Shown here: positions 61,101 to 64,000 of the stretch, piece after piece | How positions within the stretch are numbered: the first letter of the stretch is position 1 | Layout of the letters: every line of letters begins with the position of its first letter | DNA from: Malacoraja senta | Lineage: Eukaryota | Direction: 5' to 3' | Length of the DNA: 64,000 nucleotides | Assembly: GCA_038087875.1 (NCBI GenBank) | Contig: JAXLNO010003982.1 | Coordinates: 62,001 to 126,000, forward strand | Notes under the pieces: generated by a model | Told to the model about the DNA's origin: nothing | The model's input: the letters and a program-made list of their open reading frames with translations, nothing else | The model's database searches: none | Position numbers and translations under genes: made by a program

Positions 61101-61559
61101 CTGGTAGGTTTCAATGAGATTCCCACCTCATCCTTCTAAATCCCATGAGCACAGGCACAGAGACTTCAAACACTCCTCATACGTTAAATCAATCATCCCC
61201 AGGACATACATCCTCTCGACCCTCTCCAAAGCCAGCACATCCTTTCTAATATGGAGCCCAAAACTGCTCACAATATTCCAAATGTGTCTTCACCAGTGCC
61301 CGATAATCCTCAGCATTATATTATTGTTTTTATATTCTACGCCCCCCGAAATGAATGCTGGCATTGCATTTGCCTTACTTACCACTGACTCAATCTGCAA
61401 ATGAACTATTTGGGAATCCTGCACTAGTACTCCCACTTTGTAGCTCAGGTTTCTCAATTCTCTCCCCATTTAGAAAATAGTCTATGTCTTTATTCCGACT
61501 GCCAAAATGTAAAACCAGACACTTGCTACACTGTATTCCATTTGGCTCTGCTTTGCCCA

Positions 61560-62195
61560 CTCGGTGGAACTGCTGCCTTACAGCGCCAGAGACCCGGTTC
61601 AATTCTGACTACGGGTCCCATCTGTACAGAGTTTTGTACCTTCTCCCCGGGACTTGCGTGGGTTTTGCCTGGATCTCCGGTTTCCTCACTCAGTCCAAAG
61701 ACATACAGGTTTGTAGGTTAATTGGCTTGGTATAATTGTAAATTGTCCCCTAATAAGTAAGATAATGTAAGTGTGCAGGGATCGCTGGTTGACGCAGACT
61801 CGGTGGGCTGAAGGGCCGGTTTCTGCGCTGTATCTCTTAAACTAAAACCACATTCCATTGACTATCAATAATTATGAGCAATTAGATAACCACAAATTAA
61901 TAATGGGTGGCACAGTGGCGTAGCGGTAGAGCTGCTGCCTTACTGCACCAGAGACCTGGGTTTGATCCTGACTACAGGTGCTGTCTGCAAGGACATTGTA
62001 TGTTCTCCCTGTGACTGCGTGGGTTTCCTCCCACACTACAAAGACATACAGGTTTGTAGGTTACTTGGCTTAGGTAAAATTGTAAATTGTCCGTACTGTG
62101 TAGGTTAGTGTAAATGTATGGGTTGATCACTATTCAGCGAGGACTCAGTGAGCTGAGGGGCCTGTATCTGCAGCATATCTCTAAAGCCTAAAGTC
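61560..62195 (+). mobile_element. Two HE1-type V-SINEs (about 61560-61845 and 61905-62195)
   Basis: Each has a head gctgccttac.gc.ccagagacc, V-domain and ctaaa tail. Confidence 0.85.
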
Positions 62196-62293
62196 TAAAT
62201 CCACAGCTTAGTTAAGAGTGTGAGTTGAGACTGTTATCTCAGTCCAGGAGATTTATGGTCTCAAGTGATCAGCCTCATTGACTTGCCACTTAC

Positions 62294-62566
62294 CCTGTGG
62301 AACATTGACTCCCTGCAGCAGAGTTGCATGTTCGATGTAACAGGAGAATTTTGCCACATCTTCTCTATTCAGTTGAATTGTATTCTTCAGCTGGTAAGTC
62401 CCATCCCAATTGGGCAACAGATCACTGGATTCAGACTCATGGACCCCCTCACCATCTCTCAGCCACGTTACATCGATGGCCCGTGGCTAGAAGCCTGTGA
62501 CAAGGCAGGAGAGTCTCAGTGATTGCGACCCATCACGTTTAATCCCAATAAACACCTCAGGGGTTT
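62294..62566 (-). pseudogene. MHC class I-like gene B alpha3 (Ig C1) exon with an in-frame stop
   Basis: Acceptor ttacacttgcag|AA and donor CAG G|gtaagt, 273 bp; ETPEVFI..LRLSCLVTGF*PRAIDVTWLRDG..LLPNWDGTYQL..FSCYIEHATL; TAG at 62489-62487. Confidence 0.93.
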
Positions 62567-63379
62567 CTGCAAGTGTAAGAAGAGTCAGAATCAGTGAAGA
62601 CATGAACAAAAGCCTTCAATTGTAAGATCACTGCAACTCACCACTTTCCCAATCAGAGTTTTTTCTCTGGCTGAACTAAGTTTTCAGTCTAGACCCAAAA
62701 TGCTGGAATAACTCAGCAGGTCAGGCAGCATTCTGGAGAGAAGGAATGCCCAGAGATGCTATCTGACCCACTGAGTTACACCAACATCTTCTATCTTCAG
62801 TGTAAACCATCATCTGCAGTTCTATCTTGCACAAAGTTTACAGCCTTTTCTCTTTTCATTTTGCATTTCTGGCAAAACAACAAAACATTTAGCTTTAATA
62901 TCACTGACATGCTCCTTATCTTAGCTCCAGGCTTTAAATGACAGCACAGATGAAAGGGGAATGCAGGCCCAATGGAGGAGTATAACTCACCATTGGGATT
63001 GATACTGTAGACATGATTGCTTCTACCTGTTCATGAATCTCTGCTGAATAATAACACTAAATATTCCAAGAGGGAATGGGAGGAAGAAGTTCTTCAAATA
63101 GAGAACTGTTGGAAATTGAATGTCACCATCCCAAGGAGTAATAGAGGCAAATAGAGAATCTGATTGGGTTTCTGATCAGTTCAGCAACAGACCCTTCAGG
63201 CCACAAGGTCGGTGCTAAACATAAGACCAAGATACATATTCCTCCATTTCCTGAATATCTATATGACTGTGGATAAAGGACACTGGTACAATATTTATCT
63301 TTCACTTGCACTTCCTACCCACTGGTTCCATCTAAGAGGCACGTTGCCAGACAATTTACTGATACCCACGTTGTAGAAC

Positions 63380-63670
63380 AGGGTGGCGAAGCGATCGAGC
63401 TACTGCCTTACAGCGCCAGAGACCTGGGTTTGTTACTAACTACGGGTGCTTGTCTTTACAGAGTTTGTACGTTCTCCCTGTGACCTGCGTGGGTTTTATC
63501 CGAGATCTTCGGTTTCCCCTCACACTCGAAAGACGTACAAATTTGTAGGTTAATTGGATTGGTATAAATGCTAATTGTCCCTAGTGTGTGTAGGATAGTG
63601 TTAGTGTGCGGGCATGGCTGCTCGGTGCGGTCTCGGTGGGTTTCCGCGCTGTATCTCTAAACTAAACTAA
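63380..63670 (+). mobile_element. HE1-type V-SINE
   Basis: Head, V-domain and (CTAAA)n tail in the alpha2-alpha3 intron. Confidence 0.85.
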
Positions 63671-63770
63671 ATAATTACTCAAGTGACAGCCTGAAGTGCA
63701 TGATATTTCCCACCTGATCTATCCAGAGGATATCCTCTGGCCCATCAGTCAGAGTGCCTACGTCGTGTAC

Positions 63771-64000
63771 CTCTCCTCTGTAGTGCTTCTTGTCCACACT
63801 CCAGATATATCCGCAGCCACTTCACACAGTCCTTCTCCAGGAGATCTTTAAAATACTTGTCATGAAGGTGTTGACGTTCCACCGATCTGCTAGCATCTGG
63901 AAATCTGGACGTAGTGCAATCCAGCGCATTCTGTCCTTGTCAAAAGCACAGGCATCCTCCCCATCATAACCCAGTCTGACAAACCCATCAGTGGAATTGT
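63771..64000 (-). pseudogene. MHC class I-like gene B alpha2 exon (partial, frameshifted)
   Basis: NSTDGFVRLGYDGEDACAFDKDRMRWIAL..LADRWNVNT, then after a one-base shift HDKYFKDLLEKDCVKWLRIYLECGQEALQRR; phase-1 donor AGA G|gtacac at 63770. Confidence 0.92.

Larger units (their letters stand above)
57175..61555 (-). mobile_element. CR1 fragment split by the hAT insertion (57175-57578 and 61101-61555)
   Basis: ggcatttcattatctggtagg|...|ctggtaggtttcaatgagattccc reconstitutes contiguous reverse CR1 ORF2 sequence. Confidence 0.85.

Noticed and set aside
62991-63043. Mini-exon with good ag/gtgagt signals between alpha2 and alpha3
   Set aside because: Its only open frame ends in phase 0, incompatible with the phase-1 alpha3 acceptor; alpha2 and alpha3 already join in frame.

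Overview
Repeat-dense vertebrate genomic DNA, most likely from a cartilaginous fish (skate or ray). This is inferred from about 20 HE1-type V-SINEs, many CR1/HER1 LINE fragments and Penelope-like (PLE) GIY-YIG elements. The only host genes I can support are two tandem MHC class I-like genes on the minus strand. Gene A has a leader exon at 28568-28619 and an alpha1 exon at 4919-5179; the rest lies left of the window. Gene B has alpha2 (63771 to beyond 64000), alpha3 (62294-62566), TM (54327-54460) and probable cytoplasmic exons. Gene B looks disabled: a frameshift in alpha2, an in-frame TAG in alpha3, and a Tc1 inserted 13 nt from the TM splice acceptor. The rest is nested mobile DNA: a Passport-like Tc1 carrying a young CORE-SINE, a hAT with a perfect 8-bp TSD, Harbinger-like MITEs, Rex1/Babar fragments and a DIRS recombinase fragment. 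There are also roughly 25-30 short PLE terminal repeats with hammerhead-ribozyme-like cores, often as fold-back dimers and once as a 124-nt tandem array. Most ORFs in the supplied track are TE fragments or their antisense shadows. Exon, TIR and TSD coordinates were indexed by hand. Ordinary TE fragment boundaries are approximate (tens of bp). Family names and protein numbering come from recalled consensus sequences, not from database searches.
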